A stretch of DNA of 64,000 bases from Blastocladiella emersonii ATCC 22665 (taxonomy: Eukaryota; Fungi; Blastocladiomycota): assembly GCA_025594325.1 (NCBI GenBank), contig JANHCV010000004.1, positions 248,001-312,000 of the forward strand, in the 5' to 3' direction. The stretch's first letter is position 1; every line of letters begins with the position of its first letter. Below the pieces are notes generated by a model. The model did not search any database. It was not told the DNA's origin and saw only the letters and a list, made by a program, of their open reading frames with translations. Both the position numbers and the translations under genes were made by a program. Of this stretch, positions 10,501-20,666 are shown piece by piece.

Positions 10501-12788
10501 TCCATTTCGCCGAACAGCGGCTTGATGAGCGGGGTGAGGGCGTCGACGTGCTGGGTGAGGTGGCGGAGGCACTGCGGGCGGTTCTTGAAGTGGCGCAGCA
10601 GCTGGTCCTTGCGGTTGCTCGAGAAGGAGCAGTGCGGGCGGCCGCACGAGAAGGGCTTGGTGTTGTGGTGGATCACGGTGACGTGCCGCTGCAGGTCGTG
10701 CTTGCGGCTACGGTCGGTCGCGGGGCGGCGGTGAGCGATCGTGGAGGGTGAGGAGGGCGAGGAGACGGAGCGTACGTGAAGGTCTTGGAGCAGTGCTCGC
10801 AGACGTAGTTGCTGCCGCTGGTCTTGGCGTTGGAGGTGGTGGCGACGGCCGAGAGCGCGACGCTGCCCTCGAACTGCGTGCCCGCGGACGCGGACGAGTC
10901 GGCAGCATCGTCGGCTTGGGACGACTCGCCAGGTGCAGGATCGGCAGCGCCGGGCGCCGACTCGGCTACGGGTGCATCAGCGGCGGTCGGCGGCTCGATG
11001 GTCGGTGCGGCAGGCGAGGGCGCGGCGGACGATGCGGCCGAGGGCGCCTGCGACGACGACTGCGAGTCCGCGGTGGCGGTGCCAGCCGCGTCGGGTGCAG
11101 GCGGGAGCCGGAAGGTGATGCGCTTGACGGATGCCGATCCCGATGACGAGGACGTGGACGAGGGCCGCTGCGCGGTCGCGTCGGTCGCGGCGGGAGCGAC
11201 GGCGGGATCAGGCTGGCCCGTCGCCTGCTTGCGCTTGCCGGCGCGGCGCTTGGCTGGGGCCTCGTCGGCGGGCGCTTCGGCCTGCTCGCGGCGGCGCTTA
11301 GGACGAGCCCCCGCGGTCGCGGCGGGAGCGGGAGCAGGCGGATCGGCCGCGGGAGGAAGTGGGGGGAGTGGGGGCAGCTGCGGCGACGGCGACGGTGCAG
11401 CGGCAGCCTGAGCGGCAGCGACGGGTGCGGTGGCGGCGCCATCCCGCGGCTCCTGGTGCTGCGGCGGCGGCGGGTTCACCGCAGCACCGCCGTCGCGGTC
11501 CACGTCCATGGGCTCTGCATCGGCCTGGTGCTCGGGCCCCTGCTCGTGCACCGGCTCGGGCTGCTGGTGCGAGAAGGAGGCCGAGTCGGGGTTGGCAAAG
11601 GCGGCGTGGACGAGGATGGCGAGCGGGTCGTAGGCCGGGCTCGTCGTCGTCTCGGGCTGCTGCGGCTCCTGCGCGCGATCGGCAGGCGAGGACGACTCGC
11701 ACTGCAGCCGATCCTCGTCGTGGCGCAGCGGTGCGGGTCCCGGCGAGGCGGGTCCCGGCGAGGCGGGCGGGGTGCCGATCATGTTGGTGGTCGACGACGG
11801 CGGCGAGTCGGTGGCGGAGCGCGGGGCCGGTGATGGCGCGACGACGGGCGAGTGGTGGGCGGCGGCGACCGAGGCGCGGCGGGCGGCGTTGGTGACGGCG
11901 GTCGGGACGAGCGAGGTGCGGCGGCGGTCGCTTCCTGCCCGGTGGTGGTGGGCGCCGGGCGCGGGCGACAGCGGGGCGGCGCGGCGGAGCGGGAGGAGGC
12001 GGGGCGAGGGAGGGGAGGCGGCCGCGTCCGAGGCCGAGGTCGCAGGTGTACCGTTGGCGTGGCCGTCGTCGGAGGAAGACGGGTTGGTGTGCTGGGCAAA
12101 GTAGCGGTCGCGGTCGGCGGCGGTCGGCTGCGGTTGGCGCTTCCGGCCCTGCGGTTGCGGCGGTTGGGCCGACCCCGTGGCCCACGTGGCCGGCGCGACC
12201 GCAGGCGACCCGGTCGACCGCGCGGGCGACGCCGGCGCCGCTTTTCGTTCGCATCGTCGGTTAGCCCTGCTCTTCTCCCCAGTCCCAAGATCACAGTAGC
12301 GTACCCTCTCCGTCCTCACTACACGCGGCGGCCGCGGCCTCGGCCTCGGCGCACGGCGCGTTCTGCGCGAGGTGGCGGCGGAAGTGGTCGAGGCGGCGCG
12401 TCGCGAAGCCGCACCCGTGGCGCGGACACTCCATGGGCGGGCCGATCTTGGTCATGATGTGCCGGTTGAGATCGAACCGCCGCTTGAACGCCAGCCCGCA
12501 CACGCACCCGCACGCCGCCGCCGGCTCGCCCGACTCGGCGGCCGAGTCCCCGTCCTCGGGCGGCGGCCGCGGCCCGTGCAGCTTGCCGCTCGCGTCCACC
12601 CCGGACTGCGCCTCGAGCGACATGGTCGAGTAGCTGCCGCGCCGCCGGCTGAGCGATGGCGGCACCGGCGAGCGGGGTTGCTGTTGTTGTTGTTGTGGCG
12701 GCGGCGGCGGTTGTTGCGGTTCTGGCTGCGATGGCTGCTCCATCGCTGGAGCGGGGGAGGGCGTTGGGCGAGCGGCGTCGCGATCCAT
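7584..12788 (-). CDS. Large (~1690 aa) low-complexity zinc-finger protein, probable transcription factor; introns 12241-12304 and 10708-10775
   Basis: Two GTACGC...YAG/AAG introns join three track ORFs in frame. Splicing restores YVCEHCSKTFTRKHDLQRHVTVIH. There are further fingers near the N-terminus and mid-protein, and an H/Y/P-rich C-terminus. Confidence 0.75.
9463..9546. repeat. 42-bp in-frame tandem duplication (ATSSAAPSAARPAP x2) in the zinc-finger gene
   Basis: Two identical 42-nt units can be read directly. Confidence 0.9.
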
Positions 12789-13781
12789 GGCTGCTGGGCG
12801 CACTGCGCGGGATTTGGAAGGGCGGGAGGAGGAGGAGAAGGGACGAGGGCAAGGGCGAGGTGGGAACCGATGAACCGCAGCGCCCGATTCGGGCACCGTG
12901 GGTCGCGCGGCGGTCGGCGGAGGAGTAAACGTGTGCGCGGTGGGCCTGCCGTTGCGGTTGTTTTGGCGAGCAGCTGCGGTAGGCGGTGCAGCGGTGACAG
13001 AGTAGCGATGGGAGGGCAAGGACGAGTGCGCGCGGTCGCGGCGAATCGGGCCGAGCGAGTAGGCGACGACGAGCGGCAGCGGTCAACGGGAGGGGCGTGG
13101 CGGCGCGGCGCGGCGGTGGGAGACGCGACTGACTGGCGGCGGCGAGGGATGGGCGATGGGCGGGGGCGGGGCTCCCGGTCGCTCGCTCACGGGGGGAGGA
13201 GGGTGGGAGAGCGGCGAGGCGGTCCCCCGGCGACCCGCATGCGCCGCGCCACCGCTCGCTCGCGCCCGCACCCGTGCCGGTGCACCGCCGCCCATCATCG
13301 CCTCTTGGGCGCTGACTACTGCGCCCCATCACGCGACCGCGCGCCTCGTCCGGCCAATCATCCGCGTCGCTGGGGCCGCGCATCGAGTCAACCGCGCTGT
13401 GGCGCCGCGCCTTGCTGCCCCTGGAACTGCTGCGCCACCATCCACCGTCCCTGCACCGGCCGCTTGCGCGTCGCGCGCGCTTCCCGCTCCTTGCTCACTC
13501 GCGCCAGTTATTAATATCACGACCTCGTCGACTCGATCGGCGACACTCGCGCTTCGCGGATGAATGCTGGGAGAGTCGTGGGCGAGGGACGCGAGAGTGG
13601 GCGCCATCGACGAGAGCCGAAGCCATGTGCGAGTGAAATTCTTCCGGACCTCACGCGTTTCATACGGCTCCCGACCATCTACCGAATCGACACACTTGGT
13701 TACCCCTCGCGTGAACTTCATATACGACCCGCGACCCGCCATGCGAGCGGACATCAGTCAATTCATCAGAGCAGAGACACC

Positions 13782-15194
13782 ATGGCCACGGACCACTCCC
13801 TCCTCGAATCGGCCGCCCCCGCGCCGCTCACCCCACTCCGCGCCATCCTCTATGAAGCGCGCCAGCTCACCCGCCTCGCTGTCCCGTGCATCGGCAGCAC
13901 GCTGCTCAACTACGCCAACCGCTTCGTCCCGACCCTCCTCGTCGGCCGCCTGGGCGCGCCCGAGCTCGCCGCGACCACGCTCGCCGTCATGTTCGCCAAC
14001 GTTGCCGGCTTTCCGATCTTCTTCGGCCTCGCCTCGGCGCTCGACACGCTCGCCGCACAGGCCGTGACGGGCGCCAGCGACAAGTCGCTCGTCGGCGTGT
14101 ACCTGCAGCGCGCGGTGGTCGTCAACCTGGCCGTCGCGGTCCCGCTGTCCGCGGCCTGGTTCACGGCAGCGCCGTTGCTCGTCCTAGCGGGCCAGGACCC
14201 AGAGCTCGCCGCGCGCGCGGGCACGTACCTGCGGTACCTTTGGATCGGCCTGCTCCCCATGATCATCTCGAACTGCGTCTCAAAGTTCCTGGTCGCGCAG
14301 AACCGCGCGCGCGCGCCGTTCGCCGCCTCGCTCGCCGCGCTGCCCGTCAACGTCGGCCTCGGGTACCTGCTCGCGTTCCACACCCCGCTCGGCATGTACG
14401 GCACCGCCGTCGCGAGCGTTGTTGCGGAGTGGATCACGGCCGTGGCGCTGACCGTCTACGCCGCGCGCGTGTCGCCGTACTGGCCCTCGTTTGCTACCCT
14501 GCGCGCGGCCGCGGCGCCCGCGGGACTCCGCGCGTACCTCGCCCTCGGCGTGCCCGGCGCGCTGATCACGGCGGCCGAGTGGTGGGTGTACGAGCTCGTC
14601 GCGCTCGTCGCGGGCGCCGTCGGCGGGACCCGCGCGCTCGCCGCGCACGCCGTCGTGCTGCAGTGGACCACGGTCCTGCACATGCTGTTCTCGGGCACCG
14701 CCGTCGCCGCGGCCGCGCGTGTCGGAATGCAGCTCGGCGCGGGCGACGCGGCGGGCGCGCGGCGCGCTGCCGGGTGCGCTGTCGCGCTCGCCGTGGCCAC
14801 GGGCGCCGTCACCGCAACCTGCGTCCTCGCGCTCCGCGACCCGCTCGCGCGCGTGTTTGTCCGCGAGGACGACGTGGTCGCGCTGGCCGCGTCGCTGTTC
14901 CCGATCCTCGCCGCGTTCCAGTGCGCCGAGGCCGCCGAGTGTGCGGCGACGGGCGTGCTGCGCGGGTGCGGCCGCCAGAAGATCGGCGCGGCCATCGGGC
15001 TTGCCGGGTACTACGCGGTCGGGATGCCCACGGGCATCGCGCTCACGCTGGCCGCGGGGTTTGGGATCAAGGGGATGTGGATCGGGCTCGGCGTCGCCCT
15101 GTACGCGTGCGTCGCCGCGCAGGGCGTGTACTTTTGGCGCTGGCTCGATTGGGCGGAGGAGGTGGGCAAGGCCAAGGCGCGGACGCAAGAGTGA
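13782..15194 (+). CDS. MATE-family efflux transporter
   Basis: ALDTLAAQAVTGA, GVYLQRA, EWWVYE, GVLRGCGRQKIGA and GLAGYYAVGMP motifs, with about 12 hydrophobic segments. Confidence 0.93.
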   Translation: MATDHSLLESAAPAPLTPLRAILYEARQLTRLAVPCIGSTLLNYANRFVPTLLVGRLGAPELAATTLAVMFANVAGFPIFFGLASALDTLAAQAVTGASDKSLVGVYLQRAVVVNLAVAVPLSAAWFTAAPLLVLAGQDPELAARAGTYLRYLWIGLLPMIISNCVSKFLVAQNRARAPFAASLAALPVNVGLGYLLAFHTPLGMYGTAVASVVAEWITAVALTVYAARVSPYWPSFATLRAAAAPAGLRAYLALGVPGALITAAEWWVYELVALVAGAVGGTRALAAHAVVLQWTTVLHMLFSGTAVAAAARVGMQLGAGDAAGARRAAGCAVALAVATGAVTATCVLALRDPLARVFVREDDVVALAASLFPILAAFQCAEAAECAATGVLRGCGRQKIGAAIGLAGYYAVGMPTGIALTLAAGFGIKGMWIGLGVALYACVAAQGVYFWRWLDWAEEVGKAKARTQE

Positions 15195-15281
15195 ATAATA
15201 ATACATGATTGATTCGTCGCAGCCGACTCTCGCGGTCTGCGGGATACATGGTCCGTTTTCGGCCATCACATCACAACAACA

Positions 15282-16958
15282 TCACTCGTCGCCGTCCGCG
15301 GCGTACTCGGCGAGGACGGTCCACGCGTCGCGATCTGGGACCACGACCCACTCGTCGACGGGCACGGCCGCGAGCGACGAAGACACGGCCAGCAGCATGG
15401 GCGGCGGCTTGGTGATGGGGGCCGTCTCGTTCCACCCGCCGCCGCCGTTGCGCCACTCGACCTCGCGCAGGCGCGCCTTGTTCTCGCCGTTGAGCGCGGC
15501 GCCGTGGACGAGCAGCATGACGAGGAGGGCGGCGGTGGCGACGATGCGGATGCGGGCGAGGTCGTGAACCGACATGAGCATGGCCTCGGCGAGCGTCCAC
15601 ACGAGCCCGACGCCCGTCATGCCCCACGCCGTGACCATGACCGTGAGCGTGCGCGAGCGCGACCCGACCACGTCGTCGTGGTGCGTCGGCGACGGCAGCG
15701 CCGTCATGGCGAAGGTGCCCATGATGGCCAGCGACAGCGAAATCAGGAACATGAGGAAGGCCACCTGGCTGCCGTTCTTGACCGCCGTCACCGGGTCCGC
15801 CTGCAGCAGGACCGACCGGATGACGCCGCCGCTGCGCCGCGCGCGCGCCGACGACGTGGCCGCGTCCTCCTCGTCGCCGTAGCCCCAGTCGAGGTCCGTG
15901 TCAAACTCCCACCCGGCCAGCGGGTCCGCGTCGGTCCCCGCGCCCAGCACCGTGTCGCCCCACCCGACGTGCGCGCCCGTCTCGCCGGTGCCGCCGATGC
16001 CGCGGTACCCGGCGCGCGTCGACGTGCCCGCCATGGTCGGGTCAGCCATGGACTCGAGCAGCGGCTGGCGCTCCATGTCCTCGGCGGTGGCGCCCGCGCC
16101 CGGAATGCGCTGCACGGTGCGCACGCCGCGCGTCTCCTGGACGAGCCCCTGGACCACGGCCTCGGCCGTCGGGCGGTCGCGCAGGTCGCCCGAGTGCATG
16201 CCCGCGGCGGCGGCGGGCGAAGTCTCGATGTCGCTACCTGGCTCGAGCGGGGCGGCCGGCGCGTACCCACCACCGCCACGGCGGATCTCGGACTCGCGCG
16301 AGGCCGGCGCGACCCGCGACCCGCCGTGGCCGAGCGACTCGGGGTGGGCGAGGATCAGGGTGCGGCGGCTCGACTTGTAGATGGCGCCGGCCCACATGAC
16401 GGCGTACATGAGCGACCACACGGCGAGGAACACGAACGGCGGAATGTACAGGATGCGCGTGTCGGCGGCGGCCAGCCGGTTGTAGTGCGGGCGCAGGTCG
16501 CGCGCCGGCGGCACGTCGCCGATCGGCGCGTCGCTCGGCGGGCGCACCGGCGGACGCGGACCCGACGGCTCCTTGGGCACGTGCGGCGGCTCCGTCGACG
16601 GGTCCTTGGGCGGCACGTGCGGCGGGCGCGGGCGGGGGACCGTTGGCGGGTGCTTGGGGTGGCGCGGCGGCGGCAGCGGGTCGCCCGGCTCCTCGGGGAC
16701 CGGGCGCCGCGGGTCGCGCGGCGGAGGCGGGTGCTTGGGCGGCGGCGGGTGCGGAAGCGGGTCCGTCAGCGCGAACCGCGGGTCGTCGTCGCCGTCGAGG
16801 TCGAGGTCGAGGTAGTCGGCGTCGGCGCCGGTCGGGAACCACTCGCGGACGGCGGCGACCACGTCCTCGCGGCCGCGCGCCGGCGTCGCCGTGGCGGTGG
16901 TGCCGGCCAGCGCGGCGACGGCGAGGACGACGAGGAGTAGGGTAGAGCTACGTCGCAT
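15282..16958 (-). CDS. Uncharacterised membrane protein (signal peptide, Pro-rich ectodomain, ~4 TM segments)
   Basis: MRRSSTLLLVVLAVAALAG signal-like start, codon usage like the neighbouring genes, and four hydrophobic stretches. Confidence 0.6.
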   Translation of the reverse strand: MRRSSTLLLVVLAVAALAGTTATATPARGREDVVAAVREWFPTGADADYLDLDLDGDDDPRFALTDPLPHPPPPKHPPPPRDPRRPVPEEPGDPLPPPRHPKHPPTVPRPRPPHVPPKDPSTEPPHVPKEPSGPRPPVRPPSDAPIGDVPPARDLRPHYNRLAAADTRILYIPPFVFLAVWSLMYAVMWAGAIYKSSRRTLILAHPESLGHGGSRVAPASRESEIRRGGGGYAPAAPLEPGSDIETSPAAAAGMHSGDLRDRPTAEAVVQGLVQETRGVRTVQRIPGAGATAEDMERQPLLESMADPTMAGTSTRAGYRGIGGTGETGAHVGWGDTVLGAGTDADPLAGWEFDTDLDWGYGDEEDAATSSARARRSGGVIRSVLLQADPVTAVKNGSQVAFLMFLISLSLAIMGTFAMTALPSPTHHDDVVGSRSRTLTVMVTAWGMTGVGLVWTLAEAMLMSVHDLARIRIVATAALLVMLLVHGAALNGENKARLREVEWRNGGGGWNETAPITKPPPMLLAVSSSLAAVPVDEWVVVPDRDAWTVLAEYAADGDE

Positions 16959-17377
16959 GGGTGGCAGGGCGGGCGTGTATGGATGGCGCTCGCGATGGAT
17001 GCGAGCGGGAGAGGGAGCGAGGAAGGGGGGAGAGAGCGCGAGTTGAGGGCGACGGACGGGCGTCGTCGATCCCCCTCGCTGCCGTGGCCACCGTCTTCGT
17101 CGTTGGGCGCGAGTCCAAATCGCGCGCTGTGCTGCGCGGCGGCGGCGGCCGTGGGAGTCGGCCGCGGCCCGAGTGGAGTCAGCCCGCCTGCTGCGCACGC
17201 CACGCGCGGCCACACTACGCGTCGCTCTTGCGTTCGCGCTGAGACACGCGTTGCTCAAGGCTCGAGGGAAAGTGGAGCCGAGCCCGCCCCGCCTCGCCCT
17301 GCGCTTCGCTCTTGCCCGATTCGTCCAAGACACAGCAGCAGCAACAAAATGGGTGTATACATCGCGAAATGAGCCGC

Positions 17378-18172
17378 CTAGTTCACGCCGTGGCCGTCCT
17401 CCTCGCCGTCGACGCGCGGCAGCGACAGCAGCGCGTGCAGCTCGCCGAGCTCGTGGATCTCAAAGTCGGCGTGCACGCGGCCCTTGAGGTGCCCGTTCAT
17501 GCTAGTGTGCACGAACACGCTCACCGCGCCCGCCGCACGCGCGCACAGCACGTCGTCCTCGCCGTCGCCCACCATCACCAGCTCGTGCGCCGGCACGCCC
17601 TACACGTTCCCTGAGGGTGAGCGCGCGAGTGAAGTGAAGGGAGGAGAGAGGGACCGTACCCAGATCTGGGCTATGTGCAGCAGCGGGTCGGCGTGCGGCT
17701 TGGTCGGCTGCACCGTGTCGCGCGTCACGACCGGGTGGAACGCGTAGTCGGGCGCGTGGTGCGTGAGCAGGTGCTCGACGGGCTCCATGTTGTTGCGCGT
17801 GAGGATCGCCTTGGGCACCCGCGCCGCCTCGAGCGCTCGCATCACCCCGTGGAACCCGCGCGCCATCGTCATCGCCTCCATGGCCTCGCGCTCCATCTCC
17901 ACGATGATCGCCTGCGCCACCGACCGATCCGGCTCGGGCATCGCGTACACCTCCTTGACAATGTCGTGGTGCGCCTGCAGCCCGAGCCGCTGCTTCATCA
18001 GCGCAAAGTCGAGCACCGGCACCGTCAGCGTCCCGTCCATGTCGAACACGCATCCGCGGATCGAGCGGCCCTCCGCCAGCACGCCCGCGGCGGGGGTGGC
18101 GTCCGTCGACGCGGACTTGCGCGGCGCCGCGATCCGCAGGAGGCCCGTCGTGAGCCCGGCCGCGCGATGCAT
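17378..18172 (-). CDS. HAD-superfamily hydrolase; 1 intron (alternative start 18214)
   Basis: VFDMDGTLT motif I, ILTRN, PTKPHADPL, and spliced MVGDGEDDVLCARAAG motif IV. Confidence 0.88.
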
Positions 18173-18805
18173 CGTGTTAGACTCGTATGCTTGCGATTCT
18201 TGCGTGTGTTCCATGAAGGCTTGAGGGAGAGCGCCGCGATCGGCCAGGTCGCGTCAGAGATCACGCGAGCGCGATCACCTCGCCCCATCACGTTCACTGC
18301 TGCCACCGTGGTCGCTGCCGACTCCCGCGCCACTCGAACCACCATCCCCAACGTCTCGCTCGCCCAAGTCCGTCTCGGAACACGCTGACGTCGCGACTCA
18401 AGATCCCGACGCGTCGCTGCGGTGTGCTCCATATTTTTACCGGCACCGAAGCGGCTTGGCGGTCGCGTCCCGCGTCACGGACGTTTCAACTGCCGGGACC
18501 TTGAAGCACCTTCCGGCTTGCCACGGAGTACCTCCGGGAGAACGATTTCTCATCTAAGGTTGCGATGGCCAGATCCCGTACAAAAGGGAGCCGTGCACCC
18601 CGCGCGCCCGCTCTCGTGCCGCGACCATGGTCTAGTCGCTCATCGATCACTCACGCACTCTGCGTTCGAGGCCGTCGCTCGCCTCGCTATCCAACCTCCT
18701 CCTCTTCTAGAACGGTCGTCGTTCATCCTCGCACTCCATCTTCAACCTGTATCGCGTCGCGATCCTCAACCCATCCTCCTCGTCCCGATCTGATCCCGCG
18801 ACGCG

Positions 18806-20400
18806 ATGCCGTCCAACGCCCAGCTCTACAACTACTTCGTGAGCTTTGCGGCCGCGCTCGGCGGCCTGCTGTTCGGCTACGAGACGGGCATCATCAACTC
18901 GGTCCTCGAGATGGACCCGTTCCAGCTCTTCTTCGGGCTCGCCGAGTTCGCCGCCAACGGCACCCTGACCAAGACTGCCGACTCGACGTCGCGCGTCTCG
19001 ACCATCGTCTCCTTCTTCCTCCTCGGATGCATCCCCGGCGCCCTGTTCATCGCCTTCGCCGCGGACGTGCTCGGCCGCAAAAAGTCCATCTGGCTCGGCG
19101 CTATCCTCTTCACCGCGGGCGCCCTGATCCAGGCCCTGGTCTCGAGCTCGAGCAGCATCTCGGGCCGCGTCGCCGCCATCATGTCCGGCCGGTTCATTGG
19201 CGGCCTCGGCGTCGGCATCCTGTCCATGACCGTGCCCCTGTTCATTGCCGAGCTCGCGCCCGCCGACTCGCGCGGCCGCATGACGTCGGTCCAGCAGCTC
19301 ATGATCACCATCGGTATCGCCATCGCGTCCATCATCAACGCCATCATCATCGGCGCGTTCAAGAATGCGACCAAGGACAACGACATCCAGTGGCGCCTCG
19401 CGCTCGGCATCCAGGCGGGCCCCGGGTTCCTCCTCGTCCTGCTGCTGTTCCTGCTCCCCGAGTCGCCGCGCTGGCTCGTGTCGCAGGGCCGCAACGACGA
19501 GGGCCTCGTGATGCTCGCCAAGCTGCGCCAGGCCGAGGCTCAGTCGTCGGCGGTCCAGCAAGAGCTCCACGACATGACGCAGTCGATCGAGGCCGAGAAG
19601 CAGATCGGGTCCGCGTCGTGGGGCGAGCTCATGCGCCCGGGTATCCGCAACCGTCTCGTCATCGGTGTGATGCTCCAGTTCTTCCAGCAGTGGACGGGCG
19701 TAAATGCCGTGATGTATTTCTCATCTTCGTTGTTCATGGGCATGGGCGTGTCGAAGGCCACCGCTACGACCGTTGCCGTTGTCGTCCAATCGTCGATCAA
19801 CGTGCTCGGCACGCTCCCCGGCATGTACCTTATCGAGCGCGCGGGACGCACCAAGCTGCTCAAGTGGGGCGGCGTCGGCATGGCGACCTGCATGTGGACC
19901 CTCGTCATCTTCGTCAACCTGTTCAACTCGGCGTCCGCGGGGCTCTCCCCTGAGGCGTTCCCCGCCAAGGCGCAGGTCTACTCGGCCATTTCTGTCGCGG
20001 CCATGTTTACGTTCGTCTTCTTCTGTGCGTACACCGTCTCACGGCCGCGGATCCGCGCCGAAACGGATCGACTGACACTTCTCGCTCCCCATCAGTTGCT
20101 AGCACGACGGGCGCGACTCCGTGGGTCCTGCAGTCCGAGATCTTCCCGGCACGCGTCCGCGGCAAGGGCACCGGTATTTCGACGGCCAGCAATTGGATTA
20201 ACAACTACATCATCTCGGCGATCTGGCCTTTCGTCTCAGAAGCCCTGGGTGCCCAGCAGTATGCAATCTTCGGTTGCACGTGTCTGGTGATGACCGCCTA
20301 CGTCCACCTGCAGGTCCCCGAGACCAAGGGCAAGACGCTCGAGCAGATGGACGAGGTGTTCGGGTTCAAGGCCACGGAGCTCCACGAGCTCAAGGCCTAG
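18806..20400 (+). CDS. MFS sugar porter (HXT/STL-like); intron 20025-20095
   Basis: GGLLFGYETG, DVLGRKK, PESPRWL, QQWTGVNAVMY, and spliced SEIFPARVRG and VPETKGKTLEQMD. Confidence 0.93.
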
Positions 20401-20666
20401 GTGATTTTCGGTGGCTGGCGGTTCATAGCAGCTTAATACATAGTTGCATGCAGCTGTACATTCATTCGTCGATCAGAGAGGGTCGCGAAGTAGGTTGCGT
20501 AGTCGGCGCGAAATCGTTTCAGGCCGCGACGCGGTCACCTGCTGCGATCGACCGCCCACTGCCACCCGTTTCGGCGCGCATGCCTGCGCGCATGCCTCTT
20601 TCGGGCGCCCTCGCCTTGGGCCTACCCGCTCTCTCCCTGCACGCACCGAATCCTGAACGCATCATC

